Assembly: GCA_043803085.1 (NCBI GenBank)
Contig: JAZDKM010000288.1
Coordinates: forward strand, 3,063-67,062
Source of the DNA: Planctomycetota bacterium
GTDB taxonomy: Bacteria > Planctomycetota > Phycisphaerae > UBA1845
Direction: 5' to 3'
DNA length: 64,000 bases
The translations under genes and the position numbers were made by a program. Under the pieces are notes generated by a model. The model searched no databases. It saw only the letters and a program-made list of their open reading frames with translations, and was not told the origin of the DNA. The stretch's first letter is position 1. Each line of letters opens with the position of its first letter. Shown one piece after another: positions 17,435-27,225 of the stretch.

Positions 17435-19420
17435 TTACGCCAGAAGTTCGCGCACGTCGACCGGTTGACCGGTGTGGAGTTTGTCACAATTTGTCGGCCC
17501 GGTGGCCGAGATCGTCTTGTTCAGCCGGACCGAGCGGTTGCGTTTCCGGTCGGAGTAGTCCTGCGAACGGGTCTCGCCCTCGGCGGTCACGTACACCGCT
17601 CGCCGGTCGCCGACCACCGGACACTCGTGCTCGCAGATCCCGCAGCCGATGCATAGTTCGGTGTCGATCTTGGGCACCTTGAACTCCAGGTGCAGGGCGG
17701 CGACGTCGCCGGGTTTGGGGACGGGGTCGAGCGTGCCGCCGATCAGGACCGTGTCGGCATCATTGCCCTGGATGCGGTACTGCCGGGCCAAGCCCGTGGC
17801 ACGGTCCAGCAACTGCACGTGATAAGTGGTCGTCTGATCGCCGCCGTACTCCTGGGGGCGGAAGGTACATGGTTCCCCTACGGTCTCGCCCGGCTTGGGA
17901 TAGTCGCGCAAGGTGATTGAGGTCGCCGTGGCCGTGGAAACGAGTTTCTTGCCGTCGCGGAGCAGCAGTTGCTTATACTCCGAGTGGATCGCCTTGGGCG
18001 AGACCGGACAAACTTCCTCGCACACCACGCACGGGATGTTTTTGCTCCAGGGCAGGCAGCGCCCGAAATCGTAGTGGGCCGTCCCGAGCTTCACCGGGCC
18101 GCGGTCGGCGAAGGTCGCCAGTCCCATCTTCTCCTCCACGGTGAGCCGCTGGATCGCCCCGGTCGGGCAGACATGTCCGCAGGCCGTACACTGCAACTGG
18201 CAGAAGCCCATGCGGAAGTTCATGACCGGGGTCCACACGGCTTCAAGACCCCCTTCGAAGGCGGCCGGCTGCAGTACGTTGGTCGGACAGACGCGGATGC
18301 ACTGGTCGCACTTGATGCAGCGTTCCAGGAATTCCTGCTCCTCGCAACTGCCCGGCGGACGGATCACCTTGGTGGAGAAGTCCTCCGTCGAGGCGGCGCT
18401 GGACTTGGTCCAGCGGAAGAACAGCAGCCCGATCAAACCGGCCAGCACGGCATGGCGCCGGCCCAGGTCGGGGCTGGTCACTTCGTGCGACCGTTTGGGA
18501 AACAGCGCGAAGCTCAGGGCGTCGTGCGGGCAATCCTCGATGCAGTTGAAGCAGACGAAGCATTCGGACATACGCAACTGTGTGTGTGGGTCGCTGGCCC
18601 CCTCACACGACTGCAAGCACAGGTCGCAGTCGGTGCATTTATGGGGGTTGCGCTCGATCCGCCAGACGGCGAAGCGGCTGAGCCAGCCAAGCAGCGCCCC
18701 CAGCGGGCAAAGCACGCGACAGAAGAAACGCGGGATCACCAGGTTCATGCCCACCAGAAACAGAATGATGAATCCGACCACCCAGCCGCCGATGTGTCCG
18801 CCGGGGTCTTCTCGCGAGCGGAGCAGCTCCAGCGTGGTGCCCGCATCCTTCGCTAACGGCTCCATTGCCAACATGGTCCGGTCCCATTCCGGCATCACCG
18901 AAACCGTGAAGCTGCGATAGATCAGACAAAGGGGATCCAGCAAGCCGATCTGGAGATAGCCGAAGACCGCTGCCGTCAGCATGGCGATCAGTACGTAATA
19001 CTTCAGCGCAAACAAAGGCCGATAGCGGTTGGACTCAATCTTCTGTTTCGCGTTGCGGGTACTGAACACCCAACCGATGAAGTGATGCAGAATGCCGTAC
19101 GGGCAAATCCAGTTACAGAAGATGCGGCCGAGAAGAATCGTGGGGACCAGGATCACCAGACCCCAGATCAGGCTTTTATAGACGGTATGTGTGGAAAGGG
19201 CCGTGGCAATACCTACCAGCGGATCGACTTCGAGGAGTTTGCTGACCACCCACTTCAGGCCCGGCAGCGCATCCAAATGGCTAAACGTCGTCGCGAAGAC
19301 GAACAGCAGGAACATCGCAAACACGACGCTCTCAACGATGATGCGTACCGTCGTGATCCGCATGACATTCACCCCGTTGGCTGTGGGACCGGCTTTCGAG
19401 CCGGTCAGTAGGGTGGGCAT
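17435..19420 (-). CDS. membrane-bound polyferredoxin (NapH/MauN-like N-terminal domain plus about six 4Fe-4S motifs)
   Basis: TM region carries CxxxCP motifs (FCNWICPYG, FCRVLCPLG). Ferredoxin motifs follow: CTDCDLCLQSC, CFVCFNCIEDCP, CIKCDQCIRVCP, CTACGHVCP, CVVCEEVCP, CIGCGICEHECP. The start is uncertain (19420 or 19363; the track gives 19477). Confidence 0.85.
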   Translation of the reverse strand: MPTLLTGSKAGPTANGVNVMRITTVRIIVESVVFAMFLLFVFATTFSHLDALPGLKWVVSKLLEVDPLVGIATALSTHTVYKSLIWGLVILVPTILLGRIFCNWICPYGILHHFIGWVFSTRNAKQKIESNRYRPLFALKYYVLIAMLTAAVFGYLQIGLLDPLCLIYRSFTVSVMPEWDRTMLAMEPLAKDAGTTLELLRSREDPGGHIGGWVVGFIILFLVGMNLVIPRFFCRVLCPLGALLGWLSRFAVWRIERNPHKCTDCDLCLQSCEGASDPHTQLRMSECFVCFNCIEDCPHDALSFALFPKRSHEVTSPDLGRRHAVLAGLIGLLFFRWTKSSAASTEDFSTKVIRPPGSCEEQEFLERCIKCDQCIRVCPTNVLQPAAFEGGLEAVWTPVMNFRMGFCQLQCTACGHVCPTGAIQRLTVEEKMGLATFADRGPVKLGTAHYDFGRCLPWSKNIPCVVCEEVCPVSPKAIHSEYKQLLLRDGKKLVSTATATSITLRDYPKPGETVGEPCTFRPQEYGGDQTTTYHVQLLDRATGLARQYRIQGNDADTVLIGGTLDPVPKPGDVAALHLEFKVPKIDTELCIGCGICEHECPVVGDRRAVYVTAEGETRSQDYSDRKRNRSVRLNKTISATGPTNCDKLHTGQPVDVRELLA

Positions 19421-19428
19421 GGCCCACC

Positions 19429-20571
19429 CTACACGTTCGTCTCCACAATCTTTCCCTGTCGCAGATACGCGGTCCAAGCGCGCGTGCCGAAGCGCTTGGC
19501 CTGGGCGTAGGCGCGCTCGCCGGTTTCAGTCTCGCCGAACTTCTGCTCGGCCAGCTCCAGGTAACGCAGGGCCGCCGGGTCACGCCCGAGCAGGTTCTCG
19601 TAGCACCAGGCATCGCAAGCCAACTGGTCCACACTGGCGACAACGGTGTTTGTTTCTTTGACGTCGTCGAGTCGTCCGCCCGTCGGGCCGTTCTTCATCA
19701 TCACCCGCGTGCCGTCCACGATCATCAGCGTCGGGCTGAGCATGAAGCCCAGATCACTGACGATGTCGTGGATCGCTTGGTGGAACTGGTTGCGTCGCCC
19801 GCCCAACAGACCATACCAGTTCTTCATGCCCATCGACGCATAGCACAGGTTGTGGTCCTTGATCGGCGGAAGACCGATCACCTTGTCCACGTCGCGCAAG
19901 GCCTCCCAGAAGATGGGCCAAGTGCCCAGGGCCTCGTTCCGGGCCGGGTCCGGCTGATATGGCGTCGCGTCGGCTCGCGGCGGGCGGACGGCGATAGGCC
20001 GAAAGTGGATGTCTGCCGGGATCAGCAGCTTGGCCCCTTCCTCTAATGCCACCTGCCGCAGTCCCGAGCGCGAGAAACAGCTTTCCGGCGACTCGATAGG
20101 GTTGTCCGCGACGATGATCTGCCCGACGCCAGCTTCGCGGTACAGGCGGATCACGCTCCGCAACACCTCGGGATGGGTGGTGGCCCCGTACTGCGGCGCC
20201 CGCTCGAAACCGACGTTGGGCTTGAGTAACACCGTGTCACCCCGTGATACAAACCGCCGCATGCCGTCCTTGCCCCCTAGTCCCCCCACCGCAGCCCGGA
20301 CCATCGCGTCGATTCTTTCCAGCCGGCCTCGCGCGATGCTGATCCGCGGCCCATCCGTTGGGTAATCCACGCCGGCGAAGTAGTTTTTCAGCCGCTCGGC
20401 TTGCGGCTGCAGCAGGCCGGCCTTGCCTGTGGGGTCATAAAGCCACCAGGCCAGCCCCGCGGCGGCCCCGGTGGCGGCCAAGGTCGCGGCGCCGCGCTTC
20501 AGAAAATCGCGGCGGCCCATCGCCCGCTCTGCGGGGCAGGGGTTTCGCATCTGGTCGCCCGCGTTGCTCAT
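19429..20571 (-). CDS. Tat-signal DUF362 domain protein
   Basis: Twin-arginine motif 'GRRDFLKRGAATLAATGAAAG'. DUF362 core 'DTVLLKPNVGF...TTHPEVLRSVIRLYREAG..IIVADNP'. An alternative start is at 20520. Confidence 0.8.
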   Translation of the reverse strand: MSNAGDQMRNPCPAERAMGRRDFLKRGAATLAATGAAAGLAWWLYDPTGKAGLLQPQAERLKNYFAGVDYPTDGPRISIARGRLERIDAMVRAAVGGLGGKDGMRRFVSRGDTVLLKPNVGFERAPQYGATTHPEVLRSVIRLYREAGVGQIIVADNPIESPESCFSRSGLRQVALEEGAKLLIPADIHFRPIAVRPPRADATPYQPDPARNEALGTWPIFWEALRDVDKVIGLPPIKDHNLCYASMGMKNWYGLLGGRRNQFHQAIHDIVSDLGFMLSPTLMIVDGTRVMMKNGPTGGRLDDVKETNTVVASVDQLACDAWCYENLLGRDPAALRYLELAEQKFGETETGERAYAQAKRFGTRAWTAYLRQGKIVETNV

Positions 20572-20671
20572 CCGGCACCTATCGTAAGAATCTCTGTGGG
20601 ACCGGCTTTCCAGCCGTAACGCCTGTAACTATAGGATATTGCGCTTTGAATAGCGTTGTGTCAGAACCGGA

Positions 20672-20887
20672 CGAAATGGGTTTGTTTGGAAATCTGAAGA
20701 GAGGCAAGAGGCAAGAGGCAGAAGGCAAGAGGCAAGAGGCAAGAGGCAAGAGGCGGGTGCCATGTGGAGTATTAAAGTTAGACTGTAACGCCTGCGGCAC
20801 CGAAATGGGTTCGTTTGGAAATCTCACGTGCGGGGGCCGGCGTAGCGGCATAAAGTGTGACTCGAAAATGGGTTCGTTTGGAAATTT
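20672..20887 (+). repeat. composite repeat region: three copies of CGAAA(A)TGGGTTYGTTTGGAAATYT plus a 7-unit (GGCAAGA)n array
   Basis: Motif copies at 20672-20695, 20801-20824 and 20863-20887. Heptamer array at 20703-20751. GTAACGCCTG also occurs twice (about 20617 and 20785). The region lies upstream of the DUF362 operon. Confidence 0.85.
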
Positions 20888-20920
20888 GACTTTGGTGCGG
20901 ATAGTCATTCTTCCCCATTC

Positions 20921-22876
20921 CTACGCAGCGCGGGCCCTCGCCGGGCGGGCGCGCGGACTCCCCGATGGAAGTACATGGCGCGTGATCGGCGGGAGGGCAG
21001 AAGAGCGCGATCGGGGAGGTGTTGACTGCGCGGCGATCGTCCGGGCGAACGCCAGGGCCCGCTCCTTGGCCATGACCGCATCGGCGCAGTTGTTTACGCC
21101 GCCCAGATACACACCGACGGCGAAAGCGGCGTCCACCGTGCCGCCGGACTCACCAACCACCCACTCAATCCCGTCCGTATGACCACGTTCAAGCAGTCGT
21201 CCGTAGGCCTTGAAGAATGCCGCGTAGGCGTCGAGCAGCTTGACCGCCTCTGCTTCTTCCGCCGCGCGATGGATGAACATCGTGAAGGTCTTGTCGTCGA
21301 CCGCGTAATCCGCGCTAAACACGTCGCTGAGGAAGTCGAGACTGAATGCATCCGCGCCGTGGTACGCCAACGCCTCGCTGGTGCGCCCGTCACGGGGCAA
21401 GAGCGCTTCGGCCCAGGGCTTCTCCGCGGTGCCCGAAATGCGCCCGGCGATGGCCCGGGCGATGGCCAGACCCGCTGCCTCCGTCGTCGCCCCTTCGCCG
21501 TTCGCCTCCACGCGGACGTAGTGCGTGCCCTTTCGGAAGATCACGCTGCCGCCCGCGCTGTAACCTTCGTCGCCCACGTCGAGCTTGATCACGTGCCCGC
21601 CGCCCTCAGCCTGATAAATCCCGAAGGCACCTTCCGGCGCTGCCATCTCATATCCATACACGTCGATGAACTGCCGCGGATCGGCGCGGTGATGGTAAGT
21701 GCCAAAGTGCATTCGCTGCATGTCGAACTGCAGATAGATTTCCGCCCGCCCGTCGATCTTCTCCCACAGATTCAGCGGCGTGTATTCGCGGAACTCCGCC
21801 GGTGGTTCCCAGTCGGGCAGGTCGATCGTGGGAAACGGCGAGGCCGGTGGCCGGGTCGCTACGGCTTGGGCCGCCGTGCCCCCTTGCGGTCGGACCGCGT
21901 CCAACATTTGCCGCACGACGGCCGACACCGGTTCCATGTCGCCGCCCACCGCGCCGCAGACGCGCGTCTCCGCGTGGAAGACGGCCAACTGGCGGTGCTC
22001 GAAATCGCCGGCAAGGATGGGCGCCTCCGGCGTCGAAGGCGAGGATTGCACCCGGCCACGCTCGGTCAACAACGCTTGAAACTGCCTGACCATGTCGGCC
22101 GCACGTTCGAAGGAGCCGGCATCGGCGACAAACGCCGTGACGTCGTTCGGATAGGTCGCAACGAAAGCATCGTGGAGAAAATCAAAGCCCGCTGCCCGCC
22201 GCTTTACGAAGGTGAAGCTCTCCGGGATACGCCCGGCCTGCGGCAGGACGCTCTCCGCCCAGAAGGGTGCCCCATAGGCGATCTGCGCCGAGCCCAACGT
22301 ATCGGCGATCGTGCGGATGGACGGCTCCCCCGACCGCACGTTCGAACGGTCGAACTCGGTATAATACCGGCCGGCCCAAAAGGCCCCGCGCTGCTGGGCT
22401 TGCCAGCCTTCGTTGCCCATCGCGAGTGGGTCGGCCTCGCGCGGCTCGCGCTGCCGGTAAAGGCCGAAGGCGTTGGCCGGCGTCTCCGCGTCCACGATCT
22501 GGACAGATACCGATTCGCGCGACGATGGCTTGGCATAGACACCACGATAGACCCATGTCGCCCCGGCCTCGACCCACTCCGTCTCACCCGCCGCTTCCAG
22601 GGCCGACCGATCCGATACTCGTACATTGTCTTGCAGCGACCAGCCCGCGGTGCCCAGGGCTGGCATCATCTGCCGGGCGATGCGCATCTCGCGGGTCAGC
22701 AAACTCTTCCGCTCGACACCCGGCTTGCGCTCGAAGAGGGCCGGCTGCGGCCGAGTGCCGATGGTGATGGCCGCCACAACGATCCCCCCCAGCAGCAACA
22801 GGACCACCACGCCGATGACGATCTCGGCGGTCGGGACGCTGTCTCGCATGTATCTTCGACCGAACAACGTCGGCAT
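20921..22876 (-). CDS. hypothetical N-terminally membrane-anchored periplasmic protein
   Basis: 651-aa ORF with one N-terminal TM helix (IVIGVVVLLLLGGIVVAAITIG) and coding-like composition. I recognise no family. Confidence 0.6.
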   Translation of the reverse strand: MPTLFGRRYMRDSVPTAEIVIGVVVLLLLGGIVVAAITIGTRPQPALFERKPGVERKSLLTREMRIARQMMPALGTAGWSLQDNVRVSDRSALEAAGETEWVEAGATWVYRGVYAKPSSRESVSVQIVDAETPANAFGLYRQREPREADPLAMGNEGWQAQQRGAFWAGRYYTEFDRSNVRSGEPSIRTIADTLGSAQIAYGAPFWAESVLPQAGRIPESFTFVKRRAAGFDFLHDAFVATYPNDVTAFVADAGSFERAADMVRQFQALLTERGRVQSSPSTPEAPILAGDFEHRQLAVFHAETRVCGAVGGDMEPVSAVVRQMLDAVRPQGGTAAQAVATRPPASPFPTIDLPDWEPPAEFREYTPLNLWEKIDGRAEIYLQFDMQRMHFGTYHHRADPRQFIDVYGYEMAAPEGAFGIYQAEGGGHVIKLDVGDEGYSAGGSVIFRKGTHYVRVEANGEGATTEAAGLAIARAIAGRISGTAEKPWAEALLPRDGRTSEALAYHGADAFSLDFLSDVFSADYAVDDKTFTMFIHRAAEEAEAVKLLDAYAAFFKAYGRLLERGHTDGIEWVVGESGGTVDAAFAVGVYLGGVNNCADAVMAKERALAFARTIAAQSTPPRSRSSALPPITRHVLPSGSPRARPARARAA

Positions 22877-22985
22877 GGCTACGCCACCCCTTTGCGTCTG
22901 CCACTAAGCCACCAAGACACCGACTGGATGATAGCCGAAGTTGGCGCGCGTGGGACGTATTTTCTCGTCTGACCGGCAGTCGTCC

Positions 22986-25379
22986 TCAATTTGGGCGCTC
23001 GGCCAGCCATGCTTCGGCCTCGGCGATGCTGTTCAGCGTGGCTTCTATCCGGGCCGGACTGAAACGGCGGATTTCCTCCCAAGCGGGCCGCTGGGCGTTC
23101 AAATCCAGGGCCCGTCGGTAGTTCGTCACCGCCGTTATCACCAGTTCCGCCCGCTCTTCCGTCCGCCCGACCCACACCTGGAGATTGGCCAGATCGATGT
23201 AGGATTCCGGCCGAGCGGGGTAGAGCGCGATCGCACGCTCCGCCTCTTCCAAGGCGCGGGCCCGATCGACGGGGTCATGCGTCAGCCGGGCCAACGCGAG
23301 GATGATTCCGGTCCGTGCGCGATGGTACGCGACGTTCGCAGGAGACCGAGCAATGGCCTCGGCCATCGACGCCGACGCCTCTCGCAGCACCGCCGTTGCG
23401 TTGGTGGCAGACTCGGCAACGCGCTCCAGCCACTCGGCCCGCTCGGCCGCGGCCGTCGGGTCAAGCGGATCTGCCAGCACGGCCTGGCGGTAGAGCAGGT
23501 CGGTGGGGTGAGCCTCAGGCGCTCCTCTTACCGGGTTCTGTCGCTGGGCCCGCGCCCGCACCACCGCATCGGTCGCCCGCCACACCGGAGGGATGATAAA
23601 CCCGACGACGAGCGCCAGGGCCAGTCCGGCCGCCGTCGCGAAGCCCCACCGCCACCACCCCTGCCGTTCCCCATCGAGAGCCCCCCGTCGCGGAGGAGGG
23701 ACCTGCCGGGCCGCCACGGCTACGCCCACCACCGCGAAAACCGTCGTCGCCGCCCCCGGCACGATCAGCGCAAAGTTGATCGTGTCCTGCAGCAGAAAGG
23801 CAAACAGCCCGCAGTTGATAAGCACGGCCATACGCAGCCACCCGTCACGCCCCGAGTAACGCCATGGATCGGGCCCAAACGCGCACACGGCGAACACGGC
23901 CAGCCACACCATCGCGGGCGGCACGGTCTCCACAAACCAGTAGGCCCGATTGTCACTACCCAGCAAGTGCAGCCGCACCCCGAAGAAGCACAGGGCCAGC
24001 AACAACATCCACAACCGCGGGTGACCCGCCGCCGGGATCGCAAGCGTGCTGCCGGGCGCCTCCGGTCCCGACTCCGGCAAAGGACGCGTCGCAGTGATCG
24101 ATCCGCCGACCAGCATCGCCAACACCCCGAGCAGGCCTGGTACGCCCCATTCGGCGGCCGCGGCGACCAGAAAATTATGCGGATTCTTAACTTCCTCTGG
24201 CGCCGTAATGGGCTTGTACTTCAGGTAGGCATCCCCGAAGTTCTCCCGCCCCACGCCGGTCCACGGATGGTTCGCAATCAAGCGTGACGAGGCCGTCCAG
24301 TACCCCCAGCGGAAATTAAGCGACGCCCCGGGCAACGACCCGTGAGCCCGCCCATGAGCCACTACCGCCAAAACCCCGCCGCCGACCAGCGCCCAACCTA
24401 AGAGCAGTGCCGGCCTCCGGTGGGCCTCGATCCACCCCCGCCCCAGGCGCCGGGCAACGGCCAACGCGAAGCCGACGGCGCCGGCCGCCATCGCACCGAA
24501 ACTGTGGGTCAACAGGGTGGCCGCGAACAGAAAGACCGCCACCACGCACATCGCCAGGAAAACGATCCGATCAACGGCCACCGACGCCCGCCCCAACCGC
24601 CCCGCGGCCGCCCCTAGTGCGGCGAAGAATGTGAGCACCAGATACGCTCCCGCCACATTGCTGTGCGCGAGATAGCCGGAGGCCTCTCGGGCCCACATGC
24701 GCTTCTCGAAGGAGATCACCTGTGCAGAATCGAGCGGCACACCCTGGGCCTGCCAAAACGCTTCACGCTGCTCCTCATAGAGCCGCTCAGTCTCCGGGAA
24801 GGTGTAAAACACCTGATCAAAACACTGGTAGGCTTGCACCGCGGCTGAGGCGACGATGACACAGAGCGCCAGCCGCACCCGCCGGCGCTCCCGCAGCACT
24901 TGCACGAGCACGACGGCAATCAAGGCCATCGACACCCAATCCACCGAAGCGTTGAGCGCCACTCGCTTGTGGCCGGCCGCGGCGCAGGAGGCAACGACCG
25001 CCACCAGCACCAGCGCCAGCCCCGCCTCCAACCCGCACCAGCGGTACCGCCGCTGTGGTTGTAAACCGTGGCCCACGGCCCATCCCAACGCCGCCGCCAG
25101 AATCGCCGCGTCGATCAGCAGCGTGTGCAAGGGGAGTGGATCGGAGACGCCTTCCAACGCGGCGGTGAGATTGAGTCCCGCCAGATCGTAGCTTTCCCCA
25201 ACAAGCGGACGCAGTCCGATGACGGCCAACAGCACGAACAGACTGGCGGTCTCGAGGAGCCGCCCGGCCAATTGGGTCCGCGATGCGATCACCTCGTAGG
25301 GCATTTCAGTTTCATGAGGTCCGAGAACAGGACGCCCGCTCAGCGCACCTAAAGCCGCCGCGCGCTTCTCCCGATACAT
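22986..25379 (-). CDS. O-antigen ligase (Wzy_C)-like polytopic membrane protein with C-terminal TPR domain
   Basis: At least 10 TM helices. 'NPHNFLVAAAAEWGVPGLLG' matches the Wzy_C loop motif. The C-terminal ~230 aa are TPR-like (AYHRARTGIILA..., LYPARPESYIDLANLQ...). Confidence 0.75.
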   Translation of the reverse strand: MYREKRAAALGALSGRPVLGPHETEMPYEVIASRTQLAGRLLETASLFVLLAVIGLRPLVGESYDLAGLNLTAALEGVSDPLPLHTLLIDAAILAAALGWAVGHGLQPQRRYRWCGLEAGLALVLVAVVASCAAAGHKRVALNASVDWVSMALIAVVLVQVLRERRRVRLALCVIVASAAVQAYQCFDQVFYTFPETERLYEEQREAFWQAQGVPLDSAQVISFEKRMWAREASGYLAHSNVAGAYLVLTFFAALGAAAGRLGRASVAVDRIVFLAMCVVAVFLFAATLLTHSFGAMAAGAVGFALAVARRLGRGWIEAHRRPALLLGWALVGGGVLAVVAHGRAHGSLPGASLNFRWGYWTASSRLIANHPWTGVGRENFGDAYLKYKPITAPEEVKNPHNFLVAAAAEWGVPGLLGVLAMLVGGSITATRPLPESGPEAPGSTLAIPAAGHPRLWMLLLALCFFGVRLHLLGSDNRAYWFVETVPPAMVWLAVFAVCAFGPDPWRYSGRDGWLRMAVLINCGLFAFLLQDTINFALIVPGAATTVFAVVGVAVAARQVPPPRRGALDGERQGWWRWGFATAAGLALALVVGFIIPPVWRATDAVVRARAQRQNPVRGAPEAHPTDLLYRQAVLADPLDPTAAAERAEWLERVAESATNATAVLREASASMAEAIARSPANVAYHRARTGIILALARLTHDPVDRARALEEAERAIALYPARPESYIDLANLQVWVGRTEERAELVITAVTNYRRALDLNAQRPAWEEIRRFSPARIEATLNSIAEAEAWLAERPN

Positions 25380-25471
25380 CGAGCAAGGCTGTGGGTCTTC
25401 GCTCGTCTGAGTGAACAGCCTTCAGTGGAGGATCCGGGTAGCGGCGAACTCGGATCCTTCATGTTTTTTAC

Positions 25472-26092
<621 letters not shown>

Positions 26093-26210
26093 CGTCTTCT
26101 CCAATAATCTAGCCCAAACGTACCCGCGGCAGTATAGAGAAGGTCGCAGGCTACAACAACAGGGATCGAGAAAGATGAGCACCAACTCCCATCCGCGTCG
26201 TCTCCGGGCT

Positions 26211-26753
26211 TCATTCGCCCACGTTCTTGAAGGCGGCGACCAGTTCGCGCAGTCCGTGAGGAAAGGCTTCGAGCTCGTCGGCCAGCGCGTACGGCGTCAA
26301 CCGCGCCGGCGGGTCCACCATCGCCTCAGGCCAGCGGGCGCGGAATAGCCCGACGAGTTCAGTCATCGAGCGTGCCTTCGCGATGGCTTGAGGCGCCAGG
26401 ACGCGGTGTGGGGCCACTTGGGGCAGATAGTGCAGCAACCACCGCCGGGCTTGTTCCCGGTCCTCCGGCACCCCCACCGTGGGCAACGGCGGACCTGCTG
26501 CCCTGAGCCGCGTTCCCTGATAGCGGAAACAACGCACACCACGCTCGGTGAGAATCCATTGATCGGTTTGTGAATCGCGCGACGAGAGCTCGATACCGAC
26601 GATAGGTGCGCGCAGACCACTGTCGAAAATTACGTACCACCACACCAAGTCATGCGACTTGACCGCATTGCTGCGGGCGAGATGCATCCGACTGGGCTGC
26701 GCACAACCGGCCACACCGACCCACGCCGTCGCTAAACCCAGGGCCAACGCCAA
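26211..26753 (-). CDS. hypothetical lipoprotein
   Basis: Lipobox-like N-terminus [17 protein letters not shown]; 180 aa; no recognised family. Confidence 0.55.
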   Translation of the reverse strand: MALALGLATAWVGVAGCAQPSRMHLARSNAVKSHDLVWWYVIFDSGLRAPIVGIELSSRDSQTDQWILTERGVRCFRYQGTRLRAAGPPLPTVGVPEDREQARRWLLHYLPQVAPHRVLAPQAIAKARSMTELVGLFRARWPEAMVDPPARLTPYALADELEAFPHGLRELVAAFKNVGE

Positions 26754-26852
26754 TGTCCGCAGTCCAAGGATATCGGATCCCTCACTTCCTCACGGTCCCG
26801 CCGCAAAGGTCCGTGCACAGCCTAGCGCCCGTGGTGAAACTGGCAAAGAGCG

Positions 26853-26919
26853 GTGTGGCACGGGCATCTTGCCCGTGGAAACAGAGGCTGGAAGCCTGTG
26901 CCACAACTTTTGCCACGGG
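26853..26919. repeat. REP-like palindromic element (CACGGGCA-TCT-TGCCCGTG and AGGCT-GGA-AGCCT hairpins nested in GTGGCAC...GTGCCAC)
   Basis: Perfect 8-bp and 5-bp stems and an outer inverted repeat can be read directly. The GGCTGGAAGCCTG core recurs at 40158-40170. Confidence 0.7.
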
Positions 26920-27225
26920 CTCTAGGCGCGGCCCGCACGCGGCGCCAGACCGGGAGCAGGCGCCTGCTTTCTCAACCTGACCCTGCGACCGCTACGCGGT
27001 TGACGTTACGCCGCCGGTGAAAAGGGCCAGCAGCAGGGAGATCAGGCTGGGAAGAAAGCTCATCAGTAGCGAGGACAACAATCCACCCCACATTGGAAAA
27101 CCTTTCTATGAAAAGACTGTGACGTTCACCACCTCTGACGAAGGCCGAAAGAACCACGCCTGCTTCCGCGCCTTCGCCTACCGGTAGCATCATAAAGGAA
27201 CTCCGCGGGTCTGGAAAGGGGGTCC

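Noticed and set aside
20358-21182. 274-aa plus-strand ORF spanning the repeat cluster, plus similar ORFs across other repeat regions (1628-2125, 2720-3070, 20579-20908).
   Set aside because: These reading frames exist only because heptamer arrays and REP units lack stops. Their 'proteins' are periodic translations of the repeats (GKRQEARGKRQE, LLPLASCLLP).
26856-26876. TGGCACGGGCATCTTGCC as a sigma-54 promoter.
   Set aside because: The GG-to-GC spacing is two nt too long, and the sequence is simply the stem of a REP-like hairpin in a 3' intergenic region.
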